From: Octopus vulgaris
Lineage: Eukaryota
DNA length: 64,000 nucleotides
Reading direction: 5' to 3'
Assembly (NCBI GenBank): GCA_951406725.2
Contig: OX597815.1
Coordinates: 90,520,001-90,584,000, forward strand
Under the pieces are notes generated by a model. It searched no databases and had not been told where the DNA came from. It saw only the letters and a program-made list of their open reading frames with translations. A program made the translations under genes and the position numbers. Position 1 is the first letter of the stretch. Each line of letters opens with the position of its first letter. This document shows positions 38,578 through 54,100 of this stretch, piece by piece.

Positions 38578-39599
38578 CGCGTGTTCACAAAATTTCGCTA
38601 GGTATGTTACACATTGTGTATAGCAGTAAAATATGGCTTGAAAATTCCATTAGAATCTACCTATTAGAAAATAAGTTTTATTATTAAATTTAAGCGTGTG
38701 TTTTTTGTTTGTTTGTTTGTTTGTTTTTTAGTTTTATAAGCGTCACGCGAAATTGATCTCTTAGATTTCAAAATGCATTAGATTTAGCAATTCATGAAAA
38801 TATGCGACTTTAATCCAGCATATAAATGCCGATAGATCAGAAGGCATTACTGAAATGCCTCCTCTTATAAGTTGTCAAACGAGTTTATATAATCAAATTT
38901 TATTTCTGTTGATAGAGCTATTACAGTTTCGTAAATCTATCGCTGATTCTATACTGATTTAGTTATATATGTTACTCTCTCCTGAAATTAAAGTGTTAAA
39001 CCATTACATTTAGGAATTACTGTAATAAATAAAATTTGAGAAAATATGAAGCGAATTTCTCTTTTGCTAGACAGAGCAATCTATCACAAACAGTAATGTT
39101 TCGTTGCCTGATACAAAATTTGTTTCATTTTTTTACGTCTTATTTGTTTTATTTTAGGTTATTGATATTTTTGCTATTTTCACTAAGAATTAAGATTTGG
39201 AAGACAGTTCCACCAGAGAGAATATTAATGAATTCGGTACATGGTAACGACGCATCAATAATAGCAGAATTGTTTGATAAGCAAGAGAAAAAGTAATAAT
39301 AACATTAAAATAACAAAAGCCAAACTAGCAAAACGAAAATAAAAGGGGAAACAATATAATTCATATCATTAAATTATTATAGAAACCAATCTATTAAATT
39401 GACAAAGGACCTTGCAGTAAATGTGGCATTCATGTAGATTAATTTATATGGTATACAATATTGAGACGTAACATAATATTGTATCTCACCAAGGACTGTT
39501 TAGGTATCTGCCGTCATCTATCAAAATAGATTATCTTCTATCTAAATTTGACAGGAAAAATAATTGATAAGTCTGTCAAAAACTGACCATCAACTTTTG

Positions 39600-40700
39600 A
39601 CATGGAATTCGAATAGGCTGAACAATGATGCGTTTCATTCTGATTGCCACTTTATATACCACTTAAAAACTATCGGCAGTCTGTACACTGTTTCTTTTGT
39701 TTGTCGGTATAAAGGTGGACTAATGGTATAAACATCACCTCTTGAGACTGACTTGACATATTCTGATAAATATTAAGTGATAGTCTCTCTGTCTCCGGTG
39801 ACTGAGACTATGCTTCAATAAATTAGGGATCCACTCAGTTTTGCATAAATTGCTTAGGAGACATAACTCCAAGCTATTTCGACAATTACTATTATGTCTT
39901 CTCTGCGAAATTAATCTTCGGATGCATGAGCTTATTGTGTGGTTTCCAACGTTTACTACGGGCCAAAGTGATCCTCATATTCTTTATGGAGTAGAATCCA
40001 ACCGTAATGTTTTGCTAATTGAATAGTTTTGTACGTTTATGTCTTATGGGGAAATGTTTCCGGATTTGAGGATATTAGATTCCATATTCCGTATGGATAG
40101 AGAGCTTATAATACCAGGGTTAAAGTTCATTTGTCGTTTATTTTTCGTTTTATTGAATGTGGATTTCATTAACTGAAGGTGCTTTCGATATAGTGAGGGA
40201 AGGAATAAAATTAATTTTCTCTGAATCTATTATTCCCCACGCTTTACTTATTATAGTTTGCATCTCTATCAAATGTAACTTTATCCAACGATATATGAAG
40301 ATTATTTTGCCAGTGGCATTGAGAGGTTTCTCATATGTATCGTTGAGGCCCCAAGCTACTTAGATTATTTATTCTTGATAGTTTTATTTCTAGGCTGAAC
40401 CTCATGGATATTAAGCGTGCTAAGAGGAAGTTCAAACTGGATTTATTTTTCTAAGTGTGGTTAATGATTTCTAAGTAAGGTAGAATATCTCGAAACACTC
40501 CCCTATTGAGAGAGTTCTGTAAGCAGGACTCCTGGAAAAAACGACATTAATCTCCGCAATACAGTAAGTCGATATAATACTCAAAACTGGGAAGAGTTCA
40601 AAATGGCATATATATATATAAGCGCGATCAAAAGTTTGCGTTGTACATTCGATCACTCCCACCATGAAATTGACGTTGCCGGAAGAGATAAACCTTGCCA
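39600..40700 (-). mobile_element. Older degraded Penelope-like element of the same broad type
   Basis: LIRKHFP/KLFN-like, HNKL and CRN..E.CL remnants, plus RT-like LYR; very degenerate. Confidence 0.55.
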
Positions 40701-41048
40701 CTCGTCAGGTATTGAAGGAAGTGATTAAAGAGCAATGACAGATAAAGTGTTTTGCTGAAGAGCACTAAACACCACTCGGCTCAGTAGTTAAAACCACGAT
40801 CTCGCGATTGTGAGGGGTACATCCTTACCACTAAGCCAAGAGCGCATATATATATATAATGACTTTTATTTCTCTTAATTCTACCTTAGTTCATCTAATT
40901 GTATATATTCATCGTTACTTTTCATAACAAAAAGCCTTAATTTTGTTTTTTATATCCAACGTGTATTTTCGCTTTCTTTCTTCTTACTTTCCCCATACCG
41001 TTTCCACGTGTAGTAGCTATTTTTCTTTTGAAGCATTTCTATTATATA

Positions 41049-41112
<64 letters not shown>

Positions 41113-41113
41113 A

Positions 41114-42020
41114 CAAAGGGTACCGAAAGGAAGCCGGAATTGTGCAATATTTCATTCGCTTAGTTTTACATGCTTATACTTTTATCGGCTTCAAAGATTT
41201 CTCCATTTGAAGCAATGCACCGGACCATATACGTTCTCCATTGTTCGAAGCACGGCTGGAACTCCTGCGAAGTGATGCCTTGTAACGCCTCCGTCATATT
41301 TTCTTCGCCACTTCCACATCTGCAAATTCTGTAGCGCCAGGTTTCGACAACAGTGATGAACTTCGAAAGAAAATCCGGATCAACTTTCAACTGCTCTTTC
41401 AGTTCCTGACACGTATTCGTTTCATTTTCCATGTCTTGTTTTGATCCTCCATGAGCAAGCGAGGCCCAAATTATGATGCAACTCATTTCATTCGCAATTA
41501 CACGCTCAAAATTCGTTGGCGGAAGCTGTATGACACACCATTCATATCAACAAGTTCGTCAATTCATTGGTGATGGTGGCCCAAGATCAATTCATGAATT
41601 TTCATGATATTCTCATTCGTTCGGGATCTCAGTCGTCGTTCTGAACCAAGTTGGTCTTCAGGTGACAAGACATCATTCCTATAGAATGCAAACCACTCGT
41701 AAGCTTGTGTTTTGCTCATAGCAGCATACTCGTAAGCCGTTTGATGTATGACAACTATTTTGGCCGTCGTTTTCCTCAGCAGAAAACAAAATTTCACGTA
41801 GCACGTGATTCCTTTGTTTCAGCGATCGCAACAATTGACGAACAGAGAAGAAGCACCGCAAAGCAAAGATGCACTATGTTGCAGTACGACTCTACTCTAC
41901 GACACCGGTGGGCAGAATGATGCCCGAAGGTCGCCTCAAGTGGCTTCTAGCGGCGGAAGCCTGAACTACAAGGAGCTTCTCACAAAGTGGACGTTTGCAG
42001 TTACTTTTGGGTACCTCCAC
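41114..42020 (-). mobile_element. Internally deleted mariner, related to 31474-32730
   Basis: MKFCFLLRKT..QTAY..AAMSKTQAYEWF, FLSKFITVVETW joined to MTEALQGITSQEFQPCFEQW; both TIR remnants present. Confidence 0.85.
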
Positions 42021-42030
42021 ATACATATAC

Positions 42031-42163
<133 letters not shown>

Positions 42164-42849
42164 CATACAGACATATATACATACATACATTCATACATAC
42201 ATACATAAATATATATATATGTGTGTGTGTGTGTGTGTTTGTGTGTACATGAAAGTGTTTTAGCTCTTTAAATCATAAATACAATTAGGAATCTTCCATC
42301 ATACCTGATCTGATGCCAGAATACATTCGGATTCGCTCAATCATTCAAGCTATTGGAATCACCTTGTAGGAAACCTTAACCAGACATGCATGCCTGCTCT
42401 CAGCTTCTTAATAGACTTCATTAAGTTTATTATGCCCTTGTGCAAATTTAAAACTATAATATACTCTACTATACTGTGAGGAAAAGATACCAATGATAGA
42501 TAGTCTGATTTAATACATTAATTCATTTAATTGATTCGTGAGTCATTTTCTTTAATACTAGAAATTCTTTAAATAGAACAGAAGTTGATTATATGAATAA
42601 AATTGACTTCAGATTTAAAAAGTATGCTATCGTTGTTGTTTAGTAAATAATCAAAAAATTAATATTCGATGCTTCCAAAATATATTCTAACATAATTTTT
42701 GGTACTTTATTTAATGAGGCTTAAAATTATAATGTTAGGAATTTTTCGTAGTAAAGCAGGTTGTAATTTGTACCACCCTTGCTGAAGATCCACAAAGAAG
42801 CTTTGCTTGTTTAATTACTCATCTCTGCTTATATGCATACATATATACA

Positions 42850-43690
42850 TGAGGGAAAAGCCGTAAAATGTGACAACCGCTGCAGACTTTGTGAAGTCCA
42901 CACTGAAGATATCACCCACATCATAAGCAGTTGTCCGAAAATGTCATCAGGGTATTATCTACCGATCCGACATGACGGTGTACCTAGGACATCCTATAAT
43001 GATCCGTCGGAAGGATGAACCCGAGGACACAGAAATAAAAACCTTCAATATGGTAGACGCCATAGCCACTCATAATGAAAAGAAATACTAGTGGAATGTA
43101 CCAGTGAAGGCCTCAATAAAATATAAGCACAACATACCTGATAATATGATTTGGGATGGAGAAGAGAAACTGTGCACAGTTGTGGAAATTAGCTGCCCTG
43201 CGGATGTTAACAAAAAGCTGAAGATCAATGAAAAAGAGAACATCTATGCTGAACTATTGAGAAATCTGCAGTTACTCTATCCATATTACAAGTTCAGGTT
43301 TATACCTGTGATTATTGAGCCCCTGGGATATGTAACGCACGGCCTAAATACCAATCTTGAGAAATTAGGGTTCTCAAAACCGGAAAGGAGAGAGCTAATT
43401 CGAAAACTACAGATCCAGTCCATCACGGGAACTGTAAAAATCTGTAAAACATTCCAGAAGTTTATCAATTAAATATATATGAGCATGTCTAGATATGCAA
43501 CTCTATGCACAAGAATACATTCGTGAAATATACAAATTTGCGCATAAATACATGCCTAAATACATGCATACATACATACATACAAAAATACCCTGTTATT
43601 GATGAGGAAATTCCAATAAAGGAACCTTGTATCTAGTTTAGAAACTGGTTCTTTCTCTATTGGCAAGAAATCTTGAAATAAACTTAATAA
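42850..43690 (+). mobile_element. 3' fragment of an RLE-encoding non-LTR retrotransposon (R4-like) in a (CATA)n context
   Basis: CRLCEVHTEDITHIISSC, RHD, HNIPD..VEISCPAD..K...Y, FIPVII. Confidence 0.8.
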
Positions 43691-43694
43691 TGAT

Positions 43695-43725
<31 letters not shown>

Positions 43726-43875
43726 TAAACCTAAACATAAAAAACAAAAAATAAATATAAATAATGTAATATAATTTATATTTATACTGTGAAATTTGAT
43801 TTAATCTTAAATCTAATTTTTCTCTATAAGTTTGGATATACTACCTAATATTATTATATATATATATATATACAT

Positions 43876-45458
43876 GAGGTTTGGAATTGAAAAAGGCTTG
43901 GAAGTGCCGCTAGGAAAGGCTACTAAATGCAGAGCACTCACAGGAAGAGAATCTGCCCAACGCAGAGACCAGCAATCCGAATAGACAGTAATGTTGTAGT
44001 CATAGCTATGAAGGACACGAAAATGGGGAAAGCCCCTGGCCCATTAGGAATAACCACTGAGAGGGTTGAAATATCTGGCGGTCTGGGCTATGATTTAGTC
44101 AACCGTACAGTTAACCAGGTGGTACACGAAGTCATACCCAATGACTGGTGCAGCAGCACCATAATCAACTGCTATGAAGGTAAAGGTGACGCCTTAGATA
44201 AAAATAATTACAGAGTTATCAGCTTGTTGGATCAGGTGATGAAAGTCTCGGAGAGGGCCATAGTCCGACTAATTAGGGAGAGAGTTAGTCTAGGTGAGAT
44301 ACAGTTTGGTTTTGTGCCAGGGAGAAACACCACTTATGCTATATTTCTGGTAAGGCAGTTGCAGGAGAAATGCCTGTCCAAAGACAAAATCTCTGTACTT
44401 GGCCTTTTGACAGGTTCACCCACTCCCTTATCTGGTGGTCAGTGCGGTAACTAGGAATAGACAGATGGCTGGTTAGAGCTGCCCATGTCATGGACAGCGA
44501 TGCTGTCATTACGGTGAGGATTGGCAACGAATGCATAGCGATAGGGTCGGAGTGGTAGCTCATGAAGAATCAGTCTGCAGCCACTCCAGTAATAACAGAG
44601 GAATTCCTGATGGGATGCCTTTGTGGGGTGCTCTATGCTGATGACCTTGTCCTTATAGCTGATTCCCTACCAGAACTAGAGAAGAAATTTCAGGCGTGAA
44701 AGCAAGGTCTAGAAGGAAATGGTCTTATAGTTAACCTAGCAAAAACCAAAGTCTTAGTAAGTAAGAAAGCAGATAAATTACAAATTCCTTCAGGTAGATG
44801 ACCATGCTCGATCTGTAGGAAAGGTTTAGTTAGAAACTCCATAAGATGTAACTGTTGCAAGCTATGGGCATATAAGAGGTGCAGCAATATCAGAGGATGG
44901 TTAACAGAGGAAATAGTTTTTGTGTGTGGAAGGTGCACATGTACAGTAAACAATAATAATGTACGAAAATAGACTCCAACAACCGCCGGTGGGGTAAGCT
45001 AGAAGTAGTTGATAGTTTTCGTTATCTAGGTGACCACGTTAGTATCGGGGGTGGATGCTCTAAGAGCGTAGCTGCGAGAATAAGAATAGGCTGGGCAACG
45101 TTCAGAGAGCTCCTAACAAGGTTGGCAGCAAAGGGACTCTCCCTCAGATTGAAAGATAAACTTTATGATGCCTGTGTGCCAACTGCTATGCTACACGGCA
45201 AGGAAACATGCGTAGACTTGAAAGAAATTAAGCTTGCATGCTTCCCTGGATGTGCAACTTCAGTGTGCATGTACAACATAGTGTAAGCGGCTTGGAAGGA
45301 AAGTTGGGCATAAGAGCCATCGGATGTGGTGCGCAAGAGAGACGACTGCGCTGCTATGGTCATGTGATACGTATGGATGTGGACAGCTGTGTAAAGAAGT
45401 GCCGATATTTAACTGTGGAGGAAACCTGCGGCAGAAGCAGACCCAGGAAGACATGGGA
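43876..45458 (+). mobile_element. Degenerate RTE-X-like LINE 3' part
   Basis: KMGKAPGPLGI, YRVISLL, QFGFVPGRNT, LYADDLVL, PHD-like CSICRKG..CNCCKLWAYKRCS, FRYLG, RLRCYGHVIRM, GRSRPRKTW. Confidence 0.8.
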
Positions 45459-45546
45459 TATTTATATATATATATATGTGTGTGTGTATGTATGTATATA
45501 TTATTATTATTATTATTATAATTATTAGTATTATTATTATTATTAT

Positions 45547-47498
45547 TCTATGTTTGACTTTTGCTTTATATTTGTACAAGTTGGCTCCAAGTCTCACCCA
45601 GAGACCTCAAGAGACAACAGGGTTGGAAGTTCATGTTGTTGTTATGCCTAGTGTGCCATATATTTGGGGGGTGGGGATGTTGTACTAATGAATGTCTAAA
45701 AAAAAAATTTTTTTTTTTTTTTTTTTAAACCGAAAATTATGGTTGTTTTAAACCTTGAGGTTACATAGAGAGTATTTTGCGTAGGATATGAGCAGTTCCC
45801 ATGAGCACTATCTTTTGAACTTCTGCCATTTTTGGGTTTCCTGGTATCTGAGTTAGGTAGCTATCAGCCCCTTTTGCTATCATTCCCAGGGCACCTATGA
45901 CAACAGGTATTGTTTTAGTCTTCAGCTTCCACATTTTGCTGATTTCTATTTCAAGATCTTTATATTTGCTCAGTTTTTGGTAGGTCCTGACAGATACGTT
46001 TATATCGATTGGGACAGTCATATCAATGAGGAGGCATGTTCTTTGTTTGAAGTCTTTCAATATGATGTCTGGCCTATTTGCATCTATCTTCCTGTCAGTT
46101 TGAATGGTGAAGTTCCAGAGGAGTGAGATGTGGTCATTTTCAAGCACTGGGGGTGGTTTGTGTTCCCACCAGTTTTTTTCATGGGGCAAATCCAGGTTTT
46201 TACAGATTACCCAGTGAATATATTGTGCAGCTCTATCGTGCCTGTTGAGATACTCTGTAGGCGCTAGAAGACTGCACTTGGAGACCACATGGTCAATGGT
46301 TTCATTTTGTTGCTTGCATACACGACACGTTGGACTGCTTCTGATCTTTAATATGTTGGCCTGGTAGTTTCTTGTTGGTAGGCATTGATCTTGAGCTGCT
46401 ATGATAAACCCCTCTGTTTCAGATTTTAAGCCAGAGGCCATTAGCCATTGATGGGTCAGGGCTTTGTCGATATCTGCATTATTCGCTCTCTTTGGGTATT
46501 TGCCATAGAGAGGTTTTTCTTGCCATTTATTATTCAGAATATCTAAGGCCGCAGTTTTGGCACGGGTTTTCATGCGCCTAGCTTTTTCTGTGCTTGTTTC
46601 TTGTATGTCTATCTCTAATTCCGAAATTGGTTGTATTCGGAATTCACTTAGATATTCCTTTGCCTGTTTTGTGACTGAGTATGATGCTTTCTTGTTTTCA
46701 TGTTTTGAGACAAGTTTTAACATCCAGTCCTCAGAGTTTTTCAGGTAGGTGTCTAGGCCAATTGTAGCAATCTTCATTGTTATTGCCAGTTGCAAAAGAC
46801 CACGGCCTCCCTCTTTTCTTGGCAGATAGAGTCGTTCTGTATCTGCCTTAGGGTGGTGCATTCTATGCATTGTCAACAGTTTCCTTATTTTTCTGTCGAG
46901 CTGACATATTTCAGTAATTGACCAGTTAACAATATTGAAACTGTAAGTCACGACTGGTATAGCTAATGCATTGATTGCTTCGATCCTGTTTCTTGCATTC
47001 AGCTCTGTCTTGAGTATTGGTCTCACTCTTCGATAGCATTCTCTCCTGATCCTTTCCTTCATCTCTGAATGCCTTATTCCGTTCCCTTCAATTACCCCTA
47101 GGTACTTGTAGCTCTCCGCTGGGTCTAGTTCTTTTATGACATTCTGTTGGTCAAGGTTAACGTTAGATGTTTCTGTCATTTTTCCTTTGATAAAGGTAGC
47201 CTTTGCACATTTATCGAGGCCGAATTGCATTCTGATGTCGTCACTGAATTGTTTGACTATCGCTAGTAAGCCCTTGAGTTGTTGATCATTTTTTGCAAAA
47301 AGCTTTAAATCATCCATGTAAACGAGATGATTTATATTTTTATCAAACATTTTATACCCGTACTGCGCGTCATTGAGCAGCTTTGAGAGAGGTATTAAGG
47401 ATAAACAAAAGAGGAGTGGTGACAGTGAGTCACCCTGGAAAATGCCACACGAAATTTTTACATCACCAGCATTTAGGGATTCACTGTCACTGTTCAGA

Positions 47499-47500
<2 letters not shown>
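45547..47500 (-). mobile_element. R4/Dong non-LTR retrotransposon, 5'-truncated, in (TTA)n
   Basis: TTA tracts at 45500-45546 and 47500-47572; uninterrupted ORF plus 3' UTR. Confidence 0.92.
45761..47500 (-). CDS. Partial R4/Dong ORF: RT C-half, CCHC, restriction-like endonuclease
   Basis: The frame stays open upstream of the called ORF (GIFQGDSLSPLLF). HLVYMDDLKLF, YKYLG, CRVC..ETIDHVVSKC, RHD, RPD..ID...KLSKY. Confidence 0.88.
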
Positions 47501-47574
<74 letters not shown>

Positions 47575-50499
47575 TCTCTATTTTCTCTTATTCCTTTCTG
47601 TTGAAAAGCGTAGACTCGAAACGTAAAATACTTTCTCACTTGCCTGAGCGTCAAAGTAATACGCCTGTTTGTTGTTCATACATCTGTTTTTGTTTTTTTT
47701 TGTTTTGTTTTTCTGTAAATTTCAACTAAATATATATGTGTGTATGTGCGTACATCTATCCATCCATCCATACATACCCACATGTTTGTAAGCAAATATA
47801 TAGATGTCGTGTGTTACATGAGTATTCTCGTATGCGTATCTTTATGAATTTGTGAATCTGTGCGTTCGTGTACGCACCTACATCTTTATTTTGTGGTAAA
47901 ACGAATACATAGAAGTGGTAAAAACATTGTTATTTCAGATGTTTGTAGAGTCTTCTATATGTTTATGTCATGAATTATAAACAGAATTACATGCCCGTAC
48001 CTAAATATTTTGTGCAATCGATTTCATGCTCGGATTGAAGTATCAAACAAATTTCGATCACATCAGGGCCGTACCGTCTTTTAAAAAAATAGAAGTACTA
48101 CAAAGAGATAAAACTCTATAACAAACGATATGAAAATTAAACAAATACGTAATATATTAGAGCTTAAAGTATAAGTTATTGCTTAGAATATAATTTTCCG
48201 GACTATGAACTTCAACTTAATTTATATTTACAAAATGTATATGTAATATATATTTCTATCCTTCATTTTCTCATCGGCATTGATGCAGAGTTATCTTTGG
48301 GGAGCCGGCAATTATTATTGTTGTTAGGTCTAGGCCAAAATAATCGAGGCCTATATTCATAAGCAGGCCATACTGCAACATCCTATCTTTTCTGGAGTGT
48401 CTAGAATTATCTGATGTTTCTTTTAGTTTCTGTTTAAGATTGGCGTGTAGTTTGAACTAGTTAATGCTGATACATCGCGAAAGTCTAACAATGGCGTAAA
48501 GGTTTCCACGTGGATGAGCCAAACAGTCGTTGACGAGACTGGTGGGAAAATTATAAAACATGACTTTTACGGAAGTTGTCACTAAATATGACTCGTATCT
48601 ATAATTAAAGAAATTAAATAATTGATACAAAATAGTGTAAGGATCCGACAAATCCTATTACTGAGGGTGTACATAGCTAGTTGACACAAGGTTACAGGTT
48701 CCAGACTAACACAGGGCATCCTAAAAGGTTCCACTGAAATTGATAACAATTAGGTTAAAACACGCGTGAAAAATGCATATGAAAAGCAGCCTAAACTGAA
48801 TAACCAGCCCCCATTATATACAGTGGCTATTACTTTAAAATGTCGCCCAAGGAATATCTGCAACGCATATATTTATTGAAATTATGAAGCATTCAAATGG
48901 ATGATGCGCTTAAAAGTAAATTCTAAGACATAGCGGTAGATTACACATACAAAGTTTCGTTAAGGGTAAAGAGAGTAATGATTTCATTGCATAATAACTG
49001 CAATGTTTGAAAATATTTCTAAAATGTAACGTAATTCTGAAGCGAAATTCTGGAATACAAATTAATAACCCTAAAACACATAATCTACAACCATATATTA
49101 GAACGAGAGAAAATGAAACAAAGGTTGGCCATTAACTACAAACCCGCAAACTCCATATCAGAGAATTAAAAATGCAAAATCTCAGAATGAAAAGCACGCC
49201 TATGCAAGTAGATGTTAAATCATTTTAATCTAAAATCTCATAATACAAAGAAAAAATACACTACAATTGCATATGTTTAGAAACACTGTACTAAACTAAA
49301 AAAAAACAAGCATTCGCTTTACAAGTTAATGTCTGAAACATTAACGGAATTTGATTAAAACTCCTTAATGGAGAGGTACAAGAGTTAGATAATGATACAA
49401 AGTGAATGCGTAGTCCATTCGTCTTTATCTCACTGTTTCTTTCTGTCTGTCTGTGTATTTCTCTCTCTCTCCTCCCCTCTCTCTCTTGCTCTCTCTCTCT
49501 ACTCTCTCTCCTCCCCCTCTCTCTCTTGCTCTCTCTCTCTTTTTTCTCTCTTTTGGTACTTCACTCAATAGGTAGATCCTAACTTCGTTTCATTGGATTT
49601 TATACAGCATAGTGTAAATTTGCAGTAGAAACATGAGTCGGATTGGAATCTAATGTGAATTTAATGGGAATAATACTATAATAAACAAGTTTTGAAGATG
49701 CATAATTCTTCATTCTTCCTTATGATGTCTTGGTTACATACTTGTTTCTATAATGCTATCCCATGAATATTTTGTCTTCACACTTTATCATATGGAGCGG
49801 ACGCTTCTGTATTTTAGGTCAGAGGTGGAGTACCGATGGGTTTTTTTTCTAAGAGCAACGATCTGAAAGAAGTCTATATTTTGCATAGAATTTGCTTTTT
49901 ATTTTATACTATGTTTCCTCAATTGTCTCAAAATTCTTTAAAATATCTTTAAATGTTCGGTTTTCGTCTGTATTTCGTTCTTTAATATTCATAATTACAT
50001 TTTGATAATAAATTTAATTATATTTTCCCGTATATTAGATAAAAAGTTTCTTTAATGCAATCTTATTAGATTATTTGTAATTGAATGCGAACTTGAAAAA
50101 TATAAAGCTGCTCCTATTTTAAGTAATTTCAGTATTTGAAATTACTTACGAAATTTCATAATGCTACACAACTGTGTAAATTGTTTGGACATTGTGTCTG
50201 TATATCTTTCTAATTTACATCCTCACAAATCAAAATGTACTATTATAATAACATTAGACATGATCTTGCCTCAATTTTGTTTCTTTGTTGATGGTATAAC
50301 ATTTGCTTCTCTCTATATAAACAGTGCTTCACCAAGCATATAACGAACGAAATTCTAGTCATAGACTTGCTTTATGTTATGTAGGCTTCCATTTCTAAGA
50401 GTTACGTTAGGTTTTAGGTTGAGTTAGCTGCATTCATATGTTATACCAAAAAGCGACAATTTGAGAGTGATTAGATTATTAAATAACATGCATCCTCTG

Positions 50500-51300
50500 C
50501 TAAGATAATTCTTTCCTGATAAAAATGTACCAATCCAGGGTATGGATTGGTGGAATTATTAGGGTATCGAGCAGGAGATATTGTGATAGCTGTTCTGTAT
50601 TTTGTGTATAATGGTATCAAGCTGCACGCCTGTTTCCCTTCTCTTTCCCTTGGATGAAATCGGTGTATATAGAAGGGAGACACGTGTACACAGCCAACCA
50701 GTATATTTCTAACAAAATATATTCTGCCCGGGCCAGCTCAAATTAGTACAGTAATATTCAAGATCTGTTTACCCAATGTAATCATAGACTTTTAGGATTA
50801 AGATGATAGTAGCTCCTATGTCAATCACTTGAAGCTTTGGCAGAAGCTTTTTTGCCACACTATACGAAACTTTTTGTCTCCATATATATATATCACCTAT
50901 GTAATATCAAGACGCCTTCCATCAATTCTTTTAATAAACTACATTTTTCTTCCTATGGGAGCATATCAGAAAGATTTTCGCAAACATTATAAAGCATAAT
51001 GAAGGATTACAGCACGCTAAGAAAATATCCATTCCTTATGCACTTTCTTTCTTTTCTTTACAGTAACCTGTGGTTGTATATAATTGTGTATTTACAATTA
51101 TCTGGTAGTGATTCATTGTGTGGTCAGACTTCTGGTCACCCTAAAATCCCATAGCTTACGATATCTTATCACCTGTTAATCCACCTGATTGCTGTATTCT
51201 TTCACCTTTTCCTCCACAGAGCTGCGAGTAAAAATCTAACTTTTTTATATTATATCCGGGCCAAGAGGATTATCACCTCGTCTCTTAATGAGATATACTC
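50500..51300 (-). mobile_element. Possible PIF1-type helicase relic (Helitron/Helentron-like)
   Basis: Faint colinear remnants (ILLAR..LW..GLTG, SLPD, KS..ITLGKQILNI..GPG, TRV) resembling helicase motifs V-VI. Confidence 0.3.
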
Positions 51301-53049
51301 TGAGAAATATGCTGAGTGTAAGCTAAATCAAAACTTGTCAAATCTATACTACTGTTAATTCTAGTGAATTGATTAGTTTTTTACATGTAAAGAGTTCTAC
51401 TCTTTCAAGATTTAAACTTTTTGGCCATAGAATAAATATAATTTAAGTTTAAGTATATAATCGTTTGGTCCTCTCTTTCATCGTGTCGATCATTAATGTT
51501 CTCTAATTTCAAGAATGTAACAACTCAGTTCGGAAACCAAAATTAATTGTTTGCTTTCACAATCATCCAAATATAATTATTATATGATGAATTTGTTAAA
51601 TTTTCCAAAATATTTGAGCACATAACATAATAGACTTTCCGCAATGCCGTGCTCAAACGCTGTTAGTAATATACATTTCTCCGATAAATTCGCAAATGAA
51701 ATACATATCATATATTCTTGCCAAATTGCTGGAGGATGCTAATAAGATGGCGATGTATGACCAATAAAACGATTTTATATGTATTCGGGGATTTGTATTT
51801 TATGAGTAACATGTGCAATCATGACGCTGTATAAAATGAATCATACGTTAAGTTTATCTAATGTTTAAGGGGAGAGAAATAAAGATGAACCTAAATGCAG
51901 TATCTGTGATGTACAAAGCAATAACTTAGAAAATAATTCAAAAACCAACTCTATGCTATATACCTGAATATATATTGTTTCTCCCTTCGTGCAATAATTT
52001 CTGGGCTTTCATACTTATTTAACCTAAACATGAAACACTATTGATAACGGATGGAATGAATCTACACAAACAAAATTGTGTTTGGTTTTATTATACAGCA
52101 CACGAAGAGACTCAAATATCCCTTGCAGGAAATAAAGGTTATAAACAATTGACATAGCTATTGACCATGAAATATTGAACAGTAGCAATGATCCCTTTCT
52201 TTGACGTGTAGCAACATTTATTCGAAAATAATGGATATAGTCAACACATCCGCATCCAGTTATTAAAAATATCTGCAACTATATATGTTGATGTTGTCGG
52301 GTAATTTTTATCTCCAAGTGAAATATATAAATGTTAATAGATACCTATGTGTAGCGGGTTTAATATGGAATAACCTATTGCACATATAATAAATCATGTT
52401 CGAAAGAACATGATGTTTTATGCATGTATGGATGTAATATGCATAGATCTGGCTGAGTGGTAAACCAGCTTCGCAATTGCGTGGATTTGGATACAACTCA
52501 TTATGAGAATTCTTAGACTAGTATCTACAGTTAGGGTGTCTGAACACCAATTGAAATTTAGGAATCGATGACAATCAAAAGGGCAGTGGAAGTGACTGTG
52601 ACTGATTGTCTATGATCGACTTAATACAATGTCTGATATAGTACCATAAATTGGCAATTGGCTTGAGAAGTGCACATTATGTTACGTACTTAGAATAGGC
52701 CTTAAACGGTCTGAAAAGTAACGTGGATACTGTCCCTCCTCATCTAATGAAGTCGGATCATAAACATTATCTTAGCCCTATCGTGGACATAAACTGGGTA
52801 TTAGAATGGCTTTACTTTCTTTTTATCTAGAACATTTCAATAACTTTTCTTGACATCATGGAACAGTATATAACTTGGTTTCTATTCACATCCACGTACA
52901 CTGAGCCTTGAAGCCATGAACATTGTAAGGCACAGATAAGGTAATACGAATATACCTTTCTTCCGAAATTATACGGATTTTCTGTTAAGTCACCCACCTG
53001 TGAGTTAGGTACCTGTGAGATTGTCAGAAATAAAATTTTTAGTTAATGG

Positions 53050-53900
53050 TGTATTATTGTTTCATTAAACTGGAGTTCTTCCAGCCGTGCGTACGTGCGT
53101 TTAAGCACATTTTGGACGTGCCTACTCCGTACTTTCAGACTTCAGGCATACCGCACTGTACTATCAATTTTACCTTTTCTTCCCTTAAGACAATAAGCTG
53201 TGATTTAAAACATTTAGCTGCTACATTTCAACCTGTCCTATTCCCGAAACGCATTCCAGATAAACACATAGACACGCCAGACTTCCATAACTTTCTCTTC
53301 CGCAAACTTTTATACCAAACTATAACCATCTCCGTTCATATTGGGTCGTCTGACCACTGCCTAATTGGAGCTATCCAGCACATATCTATATAGCACGCTA
53401 CACCAACGCCCTGCACTATATGGCACTTCAAGTCAACTGACAGGTCAGAGCCCTGTCAGCTTTTGCCAACTACCCCTGACAAGCATATGTGCTTCACTCC
53501 TGATCCATCAGAAACAGCCGGATGGGTGACTGAAACTTTTCTTCTAAGTATCACCTTCAATATCCAGTATGCAACATATCCCCTATGGCCGAAGTCCCCT
53601 ACAATATTTATACATACTAGTACTGAAGCCTTTTAAGCAAAAAGCAAGGACTACAACGTCTACCAGAGCTCACCCACTCCACAATTCATGGCACCTTTTG
53701 CCCAGCAACACAGTATATGCGAGGATATTATTACTTCTTTCTCTTCAATCCCACATGACACACACACACACGTCGAGGCCGAAATCACCTTCAATTGCTT
53801 GGAGCCAGAAGATTCACTGTCCTAACGAATTGCCTTATATTGGCCTCAATCTTAAATCCATGGAGTTAACTCTTACATTCACCACTTTTTAGCTTGAGCT
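53050..53900 (+). mobile_element. Degraded LINE APE-endonuclease region (CR1/L2/Jockey-like)
   Basis: PKRIPD...DTPD, IGSSDHCL (SDH motif), WHFKSTD-like segment. Confidence 0.5.
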
Positions 53901-54100
53901 TTAGAAACATGCTATTGAGTCTCAATACACTTTGGTACTACACTTTGGTACTACATTCTAGCATCTTTAAGAAATGAAGACAGCCACTAAAAACGACTCC
54001 AGCTTTTTACTACCCCATAAAAATCTTTGACTTCTGGGTCAAGTGCCCTCTCCAGTTCACCTACGTTTGATCTAGAAGCGCGTGCTTAGAGTATGACTGT

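Noticed and set aside
49459-49540. About 41-bp tandem duplication in a CT-rich tract
   Set aside because: Ordinary slippage in a low-complexity polypyrimidine run.
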